From contig CALMHZ010000001.1 in the NCBI GenBank assembly GCA_937864125.1, positions 1-36,498 on the forward strand: DNA of 36,498 bases, read 5' to 3'. How positions within the stretch are numbered: position 1 is the stretch's first letter; the number at the start of each line of letters is the position of its first letter. Position numbers and translations under genes: made by a program. Below the pieces are notes generated by a model, which ran no database searches, had not been told where the DNA came from, and saw nothing but the letters and a program-made list of their open reading frames with translations. This DNA comes from an uncultured bacterium (GTDB lineage Bacteria > Patescibacteriota > Minisyncoccia > Moranbacterales > UBA1568). This document shows, one piece after another, positions 1 to 9,808 of this stretch.

Positions 1-312
1 AACGCTCGGGAGGCGTCCATCGTGTTCCCGGCAATCGAAATGATGCTGAGCGAAGGAAGCCGCATGATCGCTTCTTGGAAGGCGAAATGGCCGGACGCGA
101 GCATCAATGGAGTGATTCTCTCCGGCGGGACGGCTCAGATGAATGGCTTCGCCCAATACGCTTCTTCAAAACTCGGCGTGCCCGCGCTCCTTGGGAATCC
201 TTGGCGGCACATAACCTATCCGAGCGCGCTTAAACCGGCTATCGAGGAGATGAGCTCGTCTTTTTCCGTGGCCATAGGGCTCGCTCTGTATGGAATGAAA
301 GAAAAAAAATGA
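1..312 (+). CDS. pilM: Type IV pilus assembly protein PilM, C-terminal part (5'-truncated by window)
   Basis: Frame is open from base 1. Actin-like FtsA/PilM motif VILSGGTA...LGNPW and terminal FSVAIGLAL; lies directly upstream of pilN/O/B-like genes. Confidence 0.88.
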   Translation, partial: NAREASIVFPAIEMMLSEGSRMIASWKAKWPDASINGVILSGGTAQMNGFAQYASSKLGVPALLGNPWRHITYPSALKPAIEEMSSSFSVAIGLALYGMKEKK

Positions 313-375
313 CAAAGCGTATTTTTCGCGATATACTTACCGTACAAAAATTCAAAAAAATATTATAAAAAAACT

Positions 376-912
376 ATGCCAGGGATGAATCTTTCGCAGA
401 ATGCCCAGCAACCGAGCGCCCTTAAAAAACATCCCATATTCGGGAAAGGGCTCATCGCTATCATCATCATTCTTATTCTTTCGCTGATTGCGTGGCAGGG
501 ACTCGCCTATTGGGAGAGGCGTATCGATACGGAAATATCCGATATTACGGCGCGCATAACCGAAACGCAGGCGAGTTTCGGCGGGAAACAAGCGGATGAA
601 GTCGCTGATCTGCAGTTCCGTTTGGACGCGATCGAGAAGAGTTTTTCAGGCAAGGTATATCCGGGAGAAATGCTCCGCGGACTTGAAGGGGTGATTCTTC
701 CGGGTATCGATCTGTCGGAATACTCTTTCAACAAGGAAAAAGGTTCGATAACCATTGCCGGAGAGGCCGATTCCTTTCTTCTGGTAGCGCAACAGATGGT
801 ACTTCTGAAGAAAATGAGCGACTTTTCCGCTATTTCGGTAGACAAGCTCAAGCGAGAGGAGAATGGGAAAATAAGTTTCAACCTTTTGGCAACATTGAAC
901 CAGTCCATTTAA
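376..912 (+). CDS. pilN: PilN-like alignment subcomplex protein
   Basis: One N-terminal TM helix, coiled coil, then a PilN-like ferredoxin-type pattern (ITIAGEADS..VAQQM..F..ISV..ISFNL); positioned between pilM and pilO. Confidence 0.7.
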   Translation: MPGMNLSQNAQQPSALKKHPIFGKGLIAIIIILILSLIAWQGLAYWERRIDTEISDITARITETQASFGGKQADEVADLQFRLDAIEKSFSGKVYPGEMLRGLEGVILPGIDLSEYSFNKEKGSITIAGEADSFLLVAQQMVLLKKMSDFSAISVDKLKREENGKISFNLLATLNQSI

Positions 913-923
913 ACAGAACACAT

Positions 924-1697
924 ATGTCCATAAAGAAGATATCGTTCCCGATCTTTATCATCGCCCTTATTTTTATCGCCCTTTATTTCATCAAGCCGAC
1001 GGTGCTTTCGATACTTGATAAGCGCGCGGTAAAAGAAACGAAGCTTATCGAGCTCCAGTCCGTCGAAAATACCAAGGCGAGCATAGGCACTCTTTCCGAG
1101 GCTCGGGCCGTGTTGCTCGCCAAGTCTGAAGGTCAATTGGCTCTTGCCTATCTTCCTCTCGCGTCGGATCAGGACCGAGTGTTGGATATGCTCAACTATT
1201 TGGCGACGCAAGGAGGCGCGTCCATCGATTCCATGAGCTTCGTAGTGGAGCCGAGGGAGGTTCCTCTGCCCGCGGAGCCCATGGCCCCTCTGCCGGACGG
1301 GAGCATTCCGCCCACCCCTCCCGTAGCCCCAAGTCCGCAATTGTTCTCCGTGAAAGTCGCGATGACAGGAACCTATGAGGGAATGAAAGCCTTCATGGAA
1401 AAACTTTCCATGATAAATCGCTTTCATGAAATCAAGTCCTTCGCGATCGTCGAGCCGGATATCGAGCTTGATTCTGAGGGCGCCCCGACTGCTCCGTCAG
1501 GATTTTTGGAGGGTTCTTTGGAAGCGGTATTCTCGTATCTTCCGGAGGGAAGGTACGATAACGCATACCTGCATCCTGTGTTTTCGAGTAAGCAATTCGA
1601 CACGAAAGCGTTCGACAAGCTTGCTTCCCTGCGAGCGGACACTCCTCCTTTGACGGAGCCTGCTGCCACAGGGAGGCCGAATCCCTTCAGTCTTTAG
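924..1697 (+). CDS. pilO: PilO-like alignment subcomplex protein
   Basis: N-terminal TM helix, coiled coil, VKVAMTGTYEGMKAFMEKL..INRF PilO-like motif, C-terminal GRPNPF. Confidence 0.72.
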   Translation: MSIKKISFPIFIIALIFIALYFIKPTVLSILDKRAVKETKLIELQSVENTKASIGTLSEARAVLLAKSEGQLALAYLPLASDQDRVLDMLNYLATQGGASIDSMSFVVEPREVPLPAEPMAPLPDGSIPPTPPVAPSPQLFSVKVAMTGTYEGMKAFMEKLSMINRFHEIKSFAIVEPDIELDSEGAPTAPSGFLEGSLEAVFSYLPEGRYDNAYLHPVFSSKQFDTKAFDKLASLRADTPPLTEPAATGRPNPFSL

Positions 1698-1714
1698 CCT
1701 CGCCGTTCGACCCT

Positions 1715-3466
1715 ATGGATGAGCCAGCCACCTCAAAAAAAGAAATCAAAAAAGATTCTGTCACTACGGCTCCCTTGAGCGAGCACTCCACGGCGGTCAC
1801 GCCTAAGGCTCCTTCGAAAACCGTGGCTCCGAAGGATGATCTCGAAAGCAAGGCTGCCGCTTTTGGTATTCCTCTTTTGAAAACGGCTCCGAGCAAGATT
1901 GATAAAAAAACTCTCGTCTTCATATCCGAAGATACCGCGCGCAAGTATCGCATGGCGGTTTTTTCCAAAGAAAAGGATACTTTGAAAGTCGCCATGGTCG
2001 ATCCGGAGAATTTTGAGGCCCTCAATATCCTCCGGTTTTTGGCGGAGAAAGAGCAGTTGAATATAGAGATTTCCCTGGCGGGAGAAGAGGCGATAGAGGA
2101 GATGCTTAAACAGTATTCGGGGGCGGATCGCGCCTTGAACGAGGCTATCATCTCACTCAAGAAAGACGGTATCTCGGAAGTGTCCCTCACCCGCGACGAT
2201 GAGGATGTCCCGGGATCGGAAGTGAACCAAGAGATCCTGCAGGACGCGCCGATAGCGAGATTGGTGGAAGCGATCGTCACCCATGCCATCGAGGCTCGGG
2301 CGAGCGATATCCATATAGAATTGGCGGAAGACAGCTATCGGGTCCGGTTCCGCGTCGACGGGCTGCTTCATTCCTCGCTGGTGTTTCCCTTGCAGGTAGG
2401 CCGCGCGGTGGTCGCGCGCATCAAGATACTGTCGAATTTGAAAATAGACGAAAAACGCAAGCCTCAAGACGGCCGGTTCCGAGCGACGAGCAACGGGAAG
2501 ACGGTCGATCTCCGCGTATCCACTCTGCCGGTCGTGGATGGGGAAAAAGTCGTCATGCGCGTGTTGGAAAAGACCAACAACACGGTTGATTTCAAGGAAA
2601 TGGGTTTGTGGGGTCGCAACGGGGAGCTCTTGCGGAAAAAGATCATCGAGCCCTATGGCATTATCCTTATGACCGGGCCTACCGGATCCGGGAAATCGAC
2701 CACCCTGTATTCCTTTTTGCAGATCTTGAACCAAGAAGAGCGCAATATCATAACGCTCGAAGATCCGGTCGAGTATTCCATAAACGGCATCAACCAAAGC
2801 CAGGTGCAACCGGAAATAGGATATACCTTCGCCAACGGCCTCCGTTCCATCCTTCGTCAGGATCCCAATGTGATCATGGTCGGAGAAATCCGCGATAATG
2901 AAACGGCGGAACTCGCGATCCACGCGGCGCTGACCGGGCACCTCGTGCTCTCGACGCTCCACACCAATAGCGCTCTCGGGTCCATTCCTCGATTGGTCGA
3001 CATGGGCATCGAACCTTTCCTCATAGGCTCATCGATACAGGTCGTAGCCGCGCAGCGGCTCGTGCGTCGGATATGCCTTGCCTGCAAAGAGGAGCAGCCG
3101 GTGACTCCGAAGCTCCTCAAAAAATTGAAGGATCTGGTGGACGCGATTCCGAAAGCGGAAACGGCGAAGTATGGATATGAGAGTGGCAAACCGATCAAGC
3201 TTTATAAAGGGAAAGGGTGCGATGCCTGCGGCAATACCGGCTACAAAGGGCGGATTGCGATTTATGAGGCTCTCGAGGTGACCGACGAGGTGAAGAACAT
3301 CATCATCGACGAAAAAAACATAGAGGGGATGCTCACCCCGGAGGCCGCGCGGCAGGGGATGCTCTCGTTGCGGGAAGACGGTGTCCTGAAGGCGTTGACT
3401 GGGGTTACGACGCTCATCGAGGTGGAGCGGGTCACGGAAGGATCGGTATTGGTTGATGAGGAATAA
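1715..3466 (+). CDS. pilB: Type IV pilus extension ATPase PilB/GspE
   Basis: ASDIHIE, PQDGRF, Walker A GPTGSGKST, TLEDPVEY, LRQDPNVIMVGEIRD, GHLVLSTLHTN and a tetracysteine motif (CLAC...CDAC). Confidence 0.96.
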   Translation: MDEPATSKKEIKKDSVTTAPLSEHSTAVTPKAPSKTVAPKDDLESKAAAFGIPLLKTAPSKIDKKTLVFISEDTARKYRMAVFSKEKDTLKVAMVDPENFEALNILRFLAEKEQLNIEISLAGEEAIEEMLKQYSGADRALNEAIISLKKDGISEVSLTRDDEDVPGSEVNQEILQDAPIARLVEAIVTHAIEARASDIHIELAEDSYRVRFRVDGLLHSSLVFPLQVGRAVVARIKILSNLKIDEKRKPQDGRFRATSNGKTVDLRVSTLPVVDGEKVVMRVLEKTNNTVDFKEMGLWGRNGELLRKKIIEPYGIILMTGPTGSGKSTTLYSFLQILNQEERNIITLEDPVEYSINGINQSQVQPEIGYTFANGLRSILRQDPNVIMVGEIRDNETAELAIHAALTGHLVLSTLHTNSALGSIPRLVDMGIEPFLIGSSIQVVAAQRLVRRICLACKEEQPVTPKLLKKLKDLVDAIPKAETAKYGYESGKPIKLYKGKGCDACGNTGYKGRIAIYEALEVTDEVKNIIIDEKNIEGMLTPEAARQGMLSLREDGVLKALTGVTTLIEVERVTEGSVLVDEE

Positions 3467-3938
3467 TCGTATGCAAACCATGCAAGAGAAAAGATGCGCC
3501 GCCTTGGCGGGGAAGAAGATCCTGATAATGGAAGATGATTTTTTCGTGCGGGATATTTATCAGAAAAAGCTCGGCGACAGCGGGTTTCTCGTCGAAAGCG
3601 CGGGCGACGGTCTCGAGGGCATGGAGCGACTCAAGGCGAACACTCCGGACCTCATTATTTTGGACATATTCATGCCGTATGTTGACGGCCGGGATGTCCT
3701 CCGGGAGATCAAGGGAAATGACGCGTGGAAAAATATTCCCGTCATTCTCCTTACGAATTTTTCCGCGAGCGAGGGCGTGAAGGACGGGTTCGGCCTCGGC
3801 GCCGTGGAGTATCTCATCAAATCTCATTTCACGCCGTCGGAAGTCCTGGAAAAAGTCTGTTCGATTTTTGAAAAGCAGGAAAAAAGTGATACACTGAAAA
3901 AAGATGACGCCCAAGATACGCCGCGATCCGAGGCGTGA
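3453..3938 (+). CDS. Single-domain response regulator (CheY-like receiver)
   Basis: KILIMEDD, PDLIILDIFMP (phosphoacceptor Asp), PVILLTN, GAVEYLIK; no output domain. The true start may be later (3480 or TTG 3504). Confidence 0.9.
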   Translation: MMRNNRMQTMQEKRCAALAGKKILIMEDDFFVRDIYQKKLGDSGFLVESAGDGLEGMERLKANTPDLIILDIFMPYVDGRDVLREIKGNDAWKNIPVILLTNFSASEGVKDGFGLGAVEYLIKSHFTPSEVLEKVCSIFEKQEKSDTLKKDDAQDTPRSEA

Positions 3939-3985
3939 AAAGACGCGGAGACAAGCAGACACATTAAATACCTCAAACAAACACT

Positions 3986-5083
3986 ATGTCAGACGGCGCG
4001 GAAATACTGCATGCGGAACAGCGGGTGAAAAATCTTTTGTTGCTGGTCGGGCAGCAGGGGGCATCCGACCTGCACTTGGCGGTGGGACGCTATCCGACCC
4101 TCCGCATCAACGGCAAGCTTCATCCGGTAACGCAGGAGAAGGTGCTGACACCCGCGGATACCAAGGCCCTTTCGGACATCCTTCTGACCGAAGATCGGAA
4201 AAACGAGCTCTTGTCGACCGGGCAGACCGACTTTTCCTACAGTTTCGAAAATCGCATGCGGTTCCGCACGAATGTTTTTTTTCAGAAAGGGTACATTTCG
4301 GTCACCATGCGGTTCGTCATGGATCATGTCCGGAATCTCGAGGAGCTCAATATACCCAGTTCGCTCTATAATTTCGCGAGTTATTCGCAGGGGCTGGTGC
4401 TCGTCACCGGGCCCGTGGGGCACGGAAAGTCGACGACGCTCGCCGCCATCATCGAATACATCAACCACAACCAGGAGAAGCACATCGTCACGATCGAGGA
4501 CCCGATCGAGTTCGTCTATGAGCAGGATCGCTGCATCATCAATCAGCGCGAAGTGGGGCGCGACGCCAAGAGCTTCCCTCTCGCGCTCCGCGGAGTCTTC
4601 CGCGAGGATGCGAATGTCGTGTTGCTCGCCGAACTCCGCGACTTGGAGACGATCTCGACCGCGATGACCGCGGCGGAAACGGGGCACCTCATTTTCGCGA
4701 CCGTTCACACGAACGACGCGGCGCAGACGATCGACCGCGTCATCGATGTATTTCCTGCGCATCAGCAGAACCAGATCCGGGCGCAGCTTGCAAGCGTGCT
4801 CCTCGGGGTCATATCCCAGCGGCTCATCCCGCGGATGGACGGCGCGGGCCGCGTGCCGGCGATAGAGATCATGCTCAAAAATCATGCGGTCGAGAACCTT
4901 ATCCGGGAAAACAAGACCCATCAGCTCGACTCCGTCATCGAGACGAGCCTCAAGGACGGGATGATCTCCCTCGATCGATCGCTTTCCGACTTGGTGCGGC
5001 GAGGCCTCATCTCCATCAATGATGCGATGCTCTATTCCAAGAATCGCCAGTACCTCGAGATGCTTATCGCCAAAGAACAATAA
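3986..5083 (+). CDS. pilT: Type IV pilus retraction ATPase PilT
   Basis: ASDLHL, GLVLVTGPVGHGKSTTLA, TIEDPIEF, INQREVG, AAETGHLIFATVH and VENLIRE (AIRNLIRE-like). Confidence 0.95.
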   Translation: MSDGAEILHAEQRVKNLLLLVGQQGASDLHLAVGRYPTLRINGKLHPVTQEKVLTPADTKALSDILLTEDRKNELLSTGQTDFSYSFENRMRFRTNVFFQKGYISVTMRFVMDHVRNLEELNIPSSLYNFASYSQGLVLVTGPVGHGKSTTLAAIIEYINHNQEKHIVTIEDPIEFVYEQDRCIINQREVGRDAKSFPLALRGVFREDANVVLLAELRDLETISTAMTAAETGHLIFATVHTNDAAQTIDRVIDVFPAHQQNQIRAQLASVLLGVISQRLIPRMDGAGRVPAIEIMLKNHAVENLIRENKTHQLDSVIETSLKDGMISLDRSLSDLVRRGLISINDAMLYSKNRQYLEMLIAKEQ

Positions 5084-5085
5084 CT

Positions 5086-6297
5086 ATGAAATTCGTCTTC
5101 AAAGCGAAAAATGCCGAAGGGATACTCAAGGAGGGTATCGTCGAAGCCGAGGCGCGCGATGCCGCAAGCCTCATCCTGCAAAAAAACGGCCTGGTGCCTA
5201 TTTCGGTCCGAGCGGAAACGGAGGTATCGGCCGCGCTGAAAGAAATTTCCCGTCTCTGGGAAGGCGTCTCGACCAAGGAGCTCGTGGTGTTTTTCCGCCA
5301 GCTCGGCGTGCTCATCGAGGCGAAGGTGCCGGTCACATCATCGCTGCTTGCCATCGCGGAAGAGACCGACAATTCGTATTTCAGGATCATCCTGAAAGAG
5401 ATCAAGGATGATGTGGACGACGGCATGTCGCTTGCCGATGCGTTCGCCAAACATCCGAACGCCTTCACGCCGCTTGTGGTGAACCTCCTCCGCTCCGGAG
5501 AAGTCTCAGGCGGGCTCCAGCGATCCATCGTGTTCATCGCGGACAACATGGAAAAAGACTATCACCTCGTATCCAAGATCCGCGGAGCGCTCTACTATCC
5601 GGCGTTCGTATTGGGCGCGGCGCTTCTTATCGGGTTTCTCGTCGTCTCCTTCATCATTCCGAAGATCACCGTCATCCTCAAGGACTTTTCCGCCGATCTT
5701 CCCTGGTACACGGTCGCTATCATGGCGATTTCCGATTTCTTGTCCGTGTACTGGTGGGTGATCCTCTTGCTTGTGGCGGTAGGAGGCGGAGCGTTCGCCT
5801 ACTACATCCGTACGGAGGACGGCAGGCGGGAGTGGGAATCGCAGATACTTTCCATCCCGATCGTGGGGAAGATCGCCCGCTATGTGTATTTGGCGCGATT
5901 GACGGAAAACTTGGGCGTGCTTTTGAACGGCGGCATTCCGGTCGTGCGTTCCCTCATCATCGTGTCGAACATTATCGGCAACGAGCCCTTCAGGAGAGTG
6001 GCGCTCGAGGCAGCCGAAGAGGTGAAAACCGGAGGAAATATGAGTACGGTATTTTTTCGCTCGCCCGAGATTCCGCATTTGGTGGCGCAGATGATCCGCA
6101 TCGGGGAAGAATCCGGAACGCTCTCGACCATCCTCCGCAATGTCGCCGCATTCTACTCCGAGGAAGTCGATGGCATGACGCGGAACATGACCGCGCTCCT
6201 CGAGCCGGTGCTCATCGTCGTACTGGGAATCGGCGTCGCGATTCTCGTCATCGGGATATTGCTTCCGATATACAATGTCGTGGGGAATTTCGCGTAA
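5086..6297 (+). CDS. pilC: Type IV pilus platform protein PilC/GspF
   Basis: [43 protein letters not shown]; two T2SSF domains. Confidence 0.95.
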   Translation: MKFVFKAKNAEGILKEGIVEAEARDAASLILQKNGLVPISVRAETEVSAALKEISRLWEGVSTKELVVFFRQLGVLIEAKVPVTSSLLAIAEETDNSYFRIILKEIKDDVDDGMSLADAFAKHPNAFTPLVVNLLRSGEVSGGLQRSIVFIADNMEKDYHLVSKIRGALYYPAFVLGAALLIGFLVVSFIIPKITVILKDFSADLPWYTVAIMAISDFLSVYWWVILLLVAVGGGAFAYYIRTEDGRREWESQILSIPIVGKIARYVYLARLTENLGVLLNGGIPVVRSLIIVSNIIGNEPFRRVALEAAEEVKTGGNMSTVFFRSPEIPHLVAQMIRIGEESGTLSTILRNVAAFYSEEVDGMTRNMTALLEPVLIVVLGIGVAILVIGILLPIYNVVGNFA

Positions 6298-6340
6298 GGA
6301 TTCTTATGCCGCGGGATCGGCATCCCTTGACGGAATTTCA

Positions 6341-6409
6341 TTGTTCAAAGAGCAAAAAAAGAGTATACTTGAAAAGGAAGAAAATAAACAGACAACAAGA
6401 AAGGAGGTG
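6341..6409 (+). promoter_or_regulatory. Probable sigma70 promoter and strong Shine-Dalgarno for the major pilin
   Basis: TTGTTC (6341-6346), 17 bp spacer, TATACT (6364-6369); SD AAGGAGGTG at 6401-6409 before ATG 6414. Confidence 0.6.
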
Positions 6410-6413
6410 CGAT

Positions 6414-6854
6414 ATGAAAAAAACACAAAAATTTTCCATGAAGGTAAGACGGGGGTTTACGCTCATCGAACTTTTGATCGTCATCGCCATTATCGGCATT
6501 TTGGCATCGATCGTGCTCGTGAGCCTCTCGAGTGCCCGTGAAAAGGCGAAAATAGCCGGATTTAAGGCCCAGGTGCATTCTTTGCAGGCAGCTGCCGTAC
6601 TTCAGTGTGATACGGCCGCGCTCCAGACAACTGCTCCTGCCTCTGTTGGATACATTAAAGAGCCGGCGACGGGAAGTTACATTACCGCTATCTCCAATGC
6701 AAACATTACTGCCGGAACGACTACGGCTGTGTGCGGACCTACAGGCACTGGGAATTTCTCGATCAACGTTACGGCGACCGGTATAACGGGTGCATGTAAT
6801 ACAACAAACACGGTTATCAGCCCGACGGGAGTTGCTTTCCCAGCTGGTTGTTAA
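6414..6854 (+). CDS. pilA: Major type IV pilin (146 aa prepilin)
   Basis: Class III signal [14 protein letters not shown]|[20 protein letters not shown] with Glu5, strong SD, four Cys and a downstream terminator. The ORF-track start at 5754 is an artefactual extension overlapping pilC. Confidence 0.9.
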   Translation: MKKTQKFSMKVRRGFTLIELLIVIAIIGILASIVLVSLSSAREKAKIAGFKAQVHSLQAAAVLQCDTAALQTTAPASVGYIKEPATGSYITAISNANITAGTTTAVCGPTGTGNFSINVTATGITGACNTTNTVISPTGVAFPAGC

Positions 6855-6891
6855 TCAGAGTGCGGATGAAAAAAGAAATGTTCTTTTTCAG

Positions 6892-6927
6892 AAACAGCAG
6901 GTGATTCGCCTGCTGTTTTGTTTTTTG
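6892..6927 (+). terminator. Rho-independent terminator after the major pilin
   Basis: AAACAGCAGGTG-ATT-CGCCTGCTGTTT hairpin followed by TGTTTTTTG. Confidence 0.8.
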
Positions 6928-7015
6928 TCCAAAAATGAACCCGTCCACCGGTAGAATCTTTCGGCCCACTTTTTCTTTTTTTCTTTACTCCGGAAATTCA
7001 TGATAGACTGTCTCT

Positions 7016-7813
7016 ATGATATTCATTCTTTTTGTCTTGGGGCTTCTGGTGGGAAGCTTCCTCAATGTGGTCTTGTTTCGGTTCGAGAGCGGCGAGACCG
7101 TCGTGTCCGGACGATCGCGGTGTAACGCGTGCCGACAGACGATTGCCTGGTACGACAATATCCCGCTTCTTTCGTTCATATTTCTGCGTGGGGAATGCCG
7201 GCAGTGCGGTGAGCGGATTTCGTGGCAGTACCCGGCGGTCGAGTTTGCTACCGCCGCGCTGTTCGCCCTCTCCGGCGCGCGGCTCTATGTTCCGGGGAAT
7301 ACTTCTTCTTCGATCGAGCTTGCGTTCGCGCTTGGCCTTATCGCGATACTGACCATTATCTTCGTCTATGACCTCGTTCACATGGAGATTCCGATGGCGG
7401 CTTTGTGGGCGGGAATATTCTGGGCCATACTCATGCTCTTTTTTCTTTGGTACTTTTCTCTTCCTCGAGAGATGTTTTTCGATTCGAGGTTGTGGGATGG
7501 TCTTATCGGCGGCGGAATCGCCTTCCTGTTTTTTTACGCGCTGGTGTTTTTTTCCCGCGAGACTTGGATGGGAATGGGGGATGCGTGGCTTGCCTTGATA
7601 CTCGGGTTGGTCGCCGGGTGGCAGCTCTTGTTGCCTGCGCTTACACTTGCCTTTGGAACGGGAGCTGTCTTCGGTATAGGGCTCATACTCCTTGGAAAAA
7701 AACAGATGCAAAGCCGTATCCCCTTCGGACCGTTCCTTGTGGCGGCCGTGCTTTTTATCGCATTGTTTGGTAGAATAATACAAGATGTATGGCAATTCCC
7801 TTTGTGGGCATAA
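7016..7813 (+). CDS. pilD: Prepilin peptidase / N-methyltransferase
   Basis: GSFLNVV, RSRCNAC..WYDNIPLLSF..LRGECRQC..ISWQYP, GMGD and IPFGPFL motifs. Confidence 0.95.
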   Translation: MIFILFVLGLLVGSFLNVVLFRFESGETVVSGRSRCNACRQTIAWYDNIPLLSFIFLRGECRQCGERISWQYPAVEFATAALFALSGARLYVPGNTSSSIELAFALGLIAILTIIFVYDLVHMEIPMAALWAGIFWAILMLFFLWYFSLPREMFFDSRLWDGLIGGGIAFLFFYALVFFSRETWMGMGDAWLALILGLVAGWQLLLPALTLAFGTGAVFGIGLILLGKKQMQSRIPFGPFLVAAVLFIALFGRIIQDVWQFPLWA

Positions 7814-7890
7814 GATGCGGGAGCGCTCTCGAGGGAGGGGCTGGTATCGGCCCGTGAAGTGTGATACGCAAGACACTAAACAAAAAGAAG

Positions 7891-8463
7891 ATGACTTCGA
7901 ATACCTATAAGATGAGTCGCGGATTTACCCTCATCGAGGTGATGGTGTCCGTAGCGATTCTCGCGCTTATGGCGGCGGTTACCATAGTCTCGATGAATGG
8001 CGGACGGAATCGGCAAGAGGTCGAGGCGTCGACCCGGCTCGTCGCGGCTACCTTGCGGGAGGCGCAGAACAATGCGCTCTCTGGCAAGAATATCACCGGC
8101 ACGGCAGGCAGCCGTCCCTGCCAATTCCGGGTGCGCACGACCGGAGGCACGGGAACGATAACGCACGAGCAACTGAACGCGGGCGATGTCCTTTGTCCGA
8201 ACCCGGGAACGGCGACGAACGGCGCGTGGTCCGGATTCAGTACCGATCTTTTGAACGGAGTGACCTTTTCGTCCTCGACGGAAGTGTATTTCGATGTGCC
8301 GCGGGGCGAGCCGAAAAATGCCGCGGGTGTCTTGGGGGTCGAGCTGAATTCCGCCACCGGGCCCGTAGATTTTTCGATGACCAAGGGCGCCGATACCGCG
8401 CATGTGTGCGTGTATCCCCTGGGGAGAATAGAAGAGGCGTCCGTAGGCGCTTCTTGTCCATAA
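7891..8463 (+). CDS. Minor pilin (FimT/FimU/GspH-like)
   Basis: RG|FTLIEVMVSVAILALMAAV followed by LREAQNNALS. Start is uncertain (7861, 7891 or 7912). Confidence 0.85.
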   Translation: MTSNTYKMSRGFTLIEVMVSVAILALMAAVTIVSMNGGRNRQEVEASTRLVAATLREAQNNALSGKNITGTAGSRPCQFRVRTTGGTGTITHEQLNAGDVLCPNPGTATNGAWSGFSTDLLNGVTFSSSTEVYFDVPRGEPKNAAGVLGVELNSATGPVDFSMTKGADTAHVCVYPLGRIEEASVGASCP

Positions 8464-8470
8464 GAACGAT

Positions 8471-9043
8471 ATGAAAACGATCAAGCGGAAATTTCAAAAA
8501 GGATTTTCTTTGGGGGAAGTGCTGCTTTCCTTGGCCGTGCTGACCGCGGGAATCGTGCCTATACTGGGCGCGCTTTTGGGCGCGCTCACTACCTCGCTTA
8601 AGAATCAGGACACCATCATCGCCGCGGGTCTCGCCCAAGAAGGCATCGAGCTTGTGGTGAATGTGAGGGACAACGGAGTGCTGTCTTCCGCGAGCAGTGC
8701 CTTTGTCGGATTTCCAAATGGGAATCAGACGTGTCGGATCGATATAAACGCGCTAGCGCTTTCGGATCCTGTGACAAATCAAATCGAGTGCGGGGGTGGA
8801 GGCATCCAGTACTACTTTGATCTTTCTGTCGAGCCTTCGAACAAAGTATATGTTCATGATAACGCGCAGGGGAAATTCAAGCGGAAGATATTTATTTTCC
8901 TGCCGCCCGGACGGGATGAGGCTTTCGTTACGAGCGCCGTCTATTGGGGAGCGTATGATCCAACTCACAGCACGGTCGATACGGATTGCACCGCGCTTAA
9001 TGACTGCGTCCGCGCCCAGACGGTACTCAGGCCCTGGAAATAA
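8471..9043 (+). CDS. Minor pilin (PilV-like)
   Basis: KG|FSLGEVLLSLAVL and AAGLAQEGIELVVNVRD PilV-like helix. Confidence 0.82.
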   Translation: MKTIKRKFQKGFSLGEVLLSLAVLTAGIVPILGALLGALTTSLKNQDTIIAAGLAQEGIELVVNVRDNGVLSSASSAFVGFPNGNQTCRIDINALALSDPVTNQIECGGGGIQYYFDLSVEPSNKVYVHDNAQGKFKRKIFIFLPPGRDEAFVTSAVYWGAYDPTHSTVDTDCTALNDCVRAQTVLRPWK

Positions 9044-9096
9044 AGGCGAGAATCGGAATGAGCGCAGATCGTATGAATACTTATGAATAAAGCCGT

Positions 9097-9669
9097 ATGA
9101 GTACCAGTCGAAAAAAAACCTTACCGGGCTTCACCCTGATCGAGATGGTTATTTCTCTCGGAATATTTTCCATCATCGCCGTCGCCGTCGCCGGAACCTT
9201 CGCGTCGGGATTTTCAACTTACAAGGAAACCCGGGCGCTCTCGCGCAACCTCGAGAGCGCGCAGTTTGCCATGAACACCCTTGCGAAGCTTCTGCGTACG
9301 AGCACGGTCGATCCGGGAAGTCCTTCTTCGTCAAATCAGATTATTTTTTATGACCATTCTTCTTCGCGCTGTTTCCAGTATCGGATATGGTCCTCAGCTG
9401 TAGGCTCTAGCGTGCTCCAGGCCCGCTGGTTTCCCTTGACGGACAGCTCCCTTTGCCGTTCTTCCACCAATGCCACTTTTCCCCCGACATTTAGCCAGGT
9501 TACCTCGGGATTTGTTACCGGAGGGTTTCTGATTACTCCTTCTATGAATCCGACGCGCGCAGGGCGCGTCACGCTCAGTCTTTCGGTGAAAACAAACGCT
9601 TCTGCCGTCCGCGAGGCGCATGTGCAGACGACCACCTCTTTGCGGGACTACAAAGAAATCGGCTTCTAA
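9097..9669 (+). CDS. Minor pilin (PilW/GspJ-like)
   Basis: PG|FTLIEMVISLGIFSII, AQFAMNTLAKLLR and C-terminal QTTTSLRDY. Confidence 0.82.
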   Translation: MSTSRKKTLPGFTLIEMVISLGIFSIIAVAVAGTFASGFSTYKETRALSRNLESAQFAMNTLAKLLRTSTVDPGSPSSSNQIIFYDHSSSRCFQYRIWSSAVGSSVLQARWFPLTDSSLCRSSTNATFPPTFSQVTSGFVTGGFLITPSMNPTRAGRVTLSLSVKTNASAVREAHVQTTTSLRDYKEIGF

Positions 9670-9702
9670 GAGTGTAGCGAAGAAAGCGGCTTATGGTGCC
9701 TC

Positions 9703-9731
9703 TTGACATCGGGTCTTTTTTGTGGTACTTT
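9703..9731 (+). promoter_or_regulatory. Sigma70-type promoter for the PEP-CTERM gene
   Basis: TTGACA (9703-9708), 17 bp spacer, TACTTT (9726-9731) with a TGn extension; SD AAGGAG before GTG 9809. Confidence 0.65.
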
Positions 9732-9808
9732 GGCTTTCGCATAGACAGAGCGTCTATGATTCAGCATAGGCATGGTGCTTATGGAGTTTTTTTACAAGGA
9801 GAAGAATC

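Noticed and set aside
5754-6413. 366-aa ORF extending the pilin upstream
   Set aside because: It overlaps pilC in another frame. The SD and class III signal peptide place the true start at 6414.
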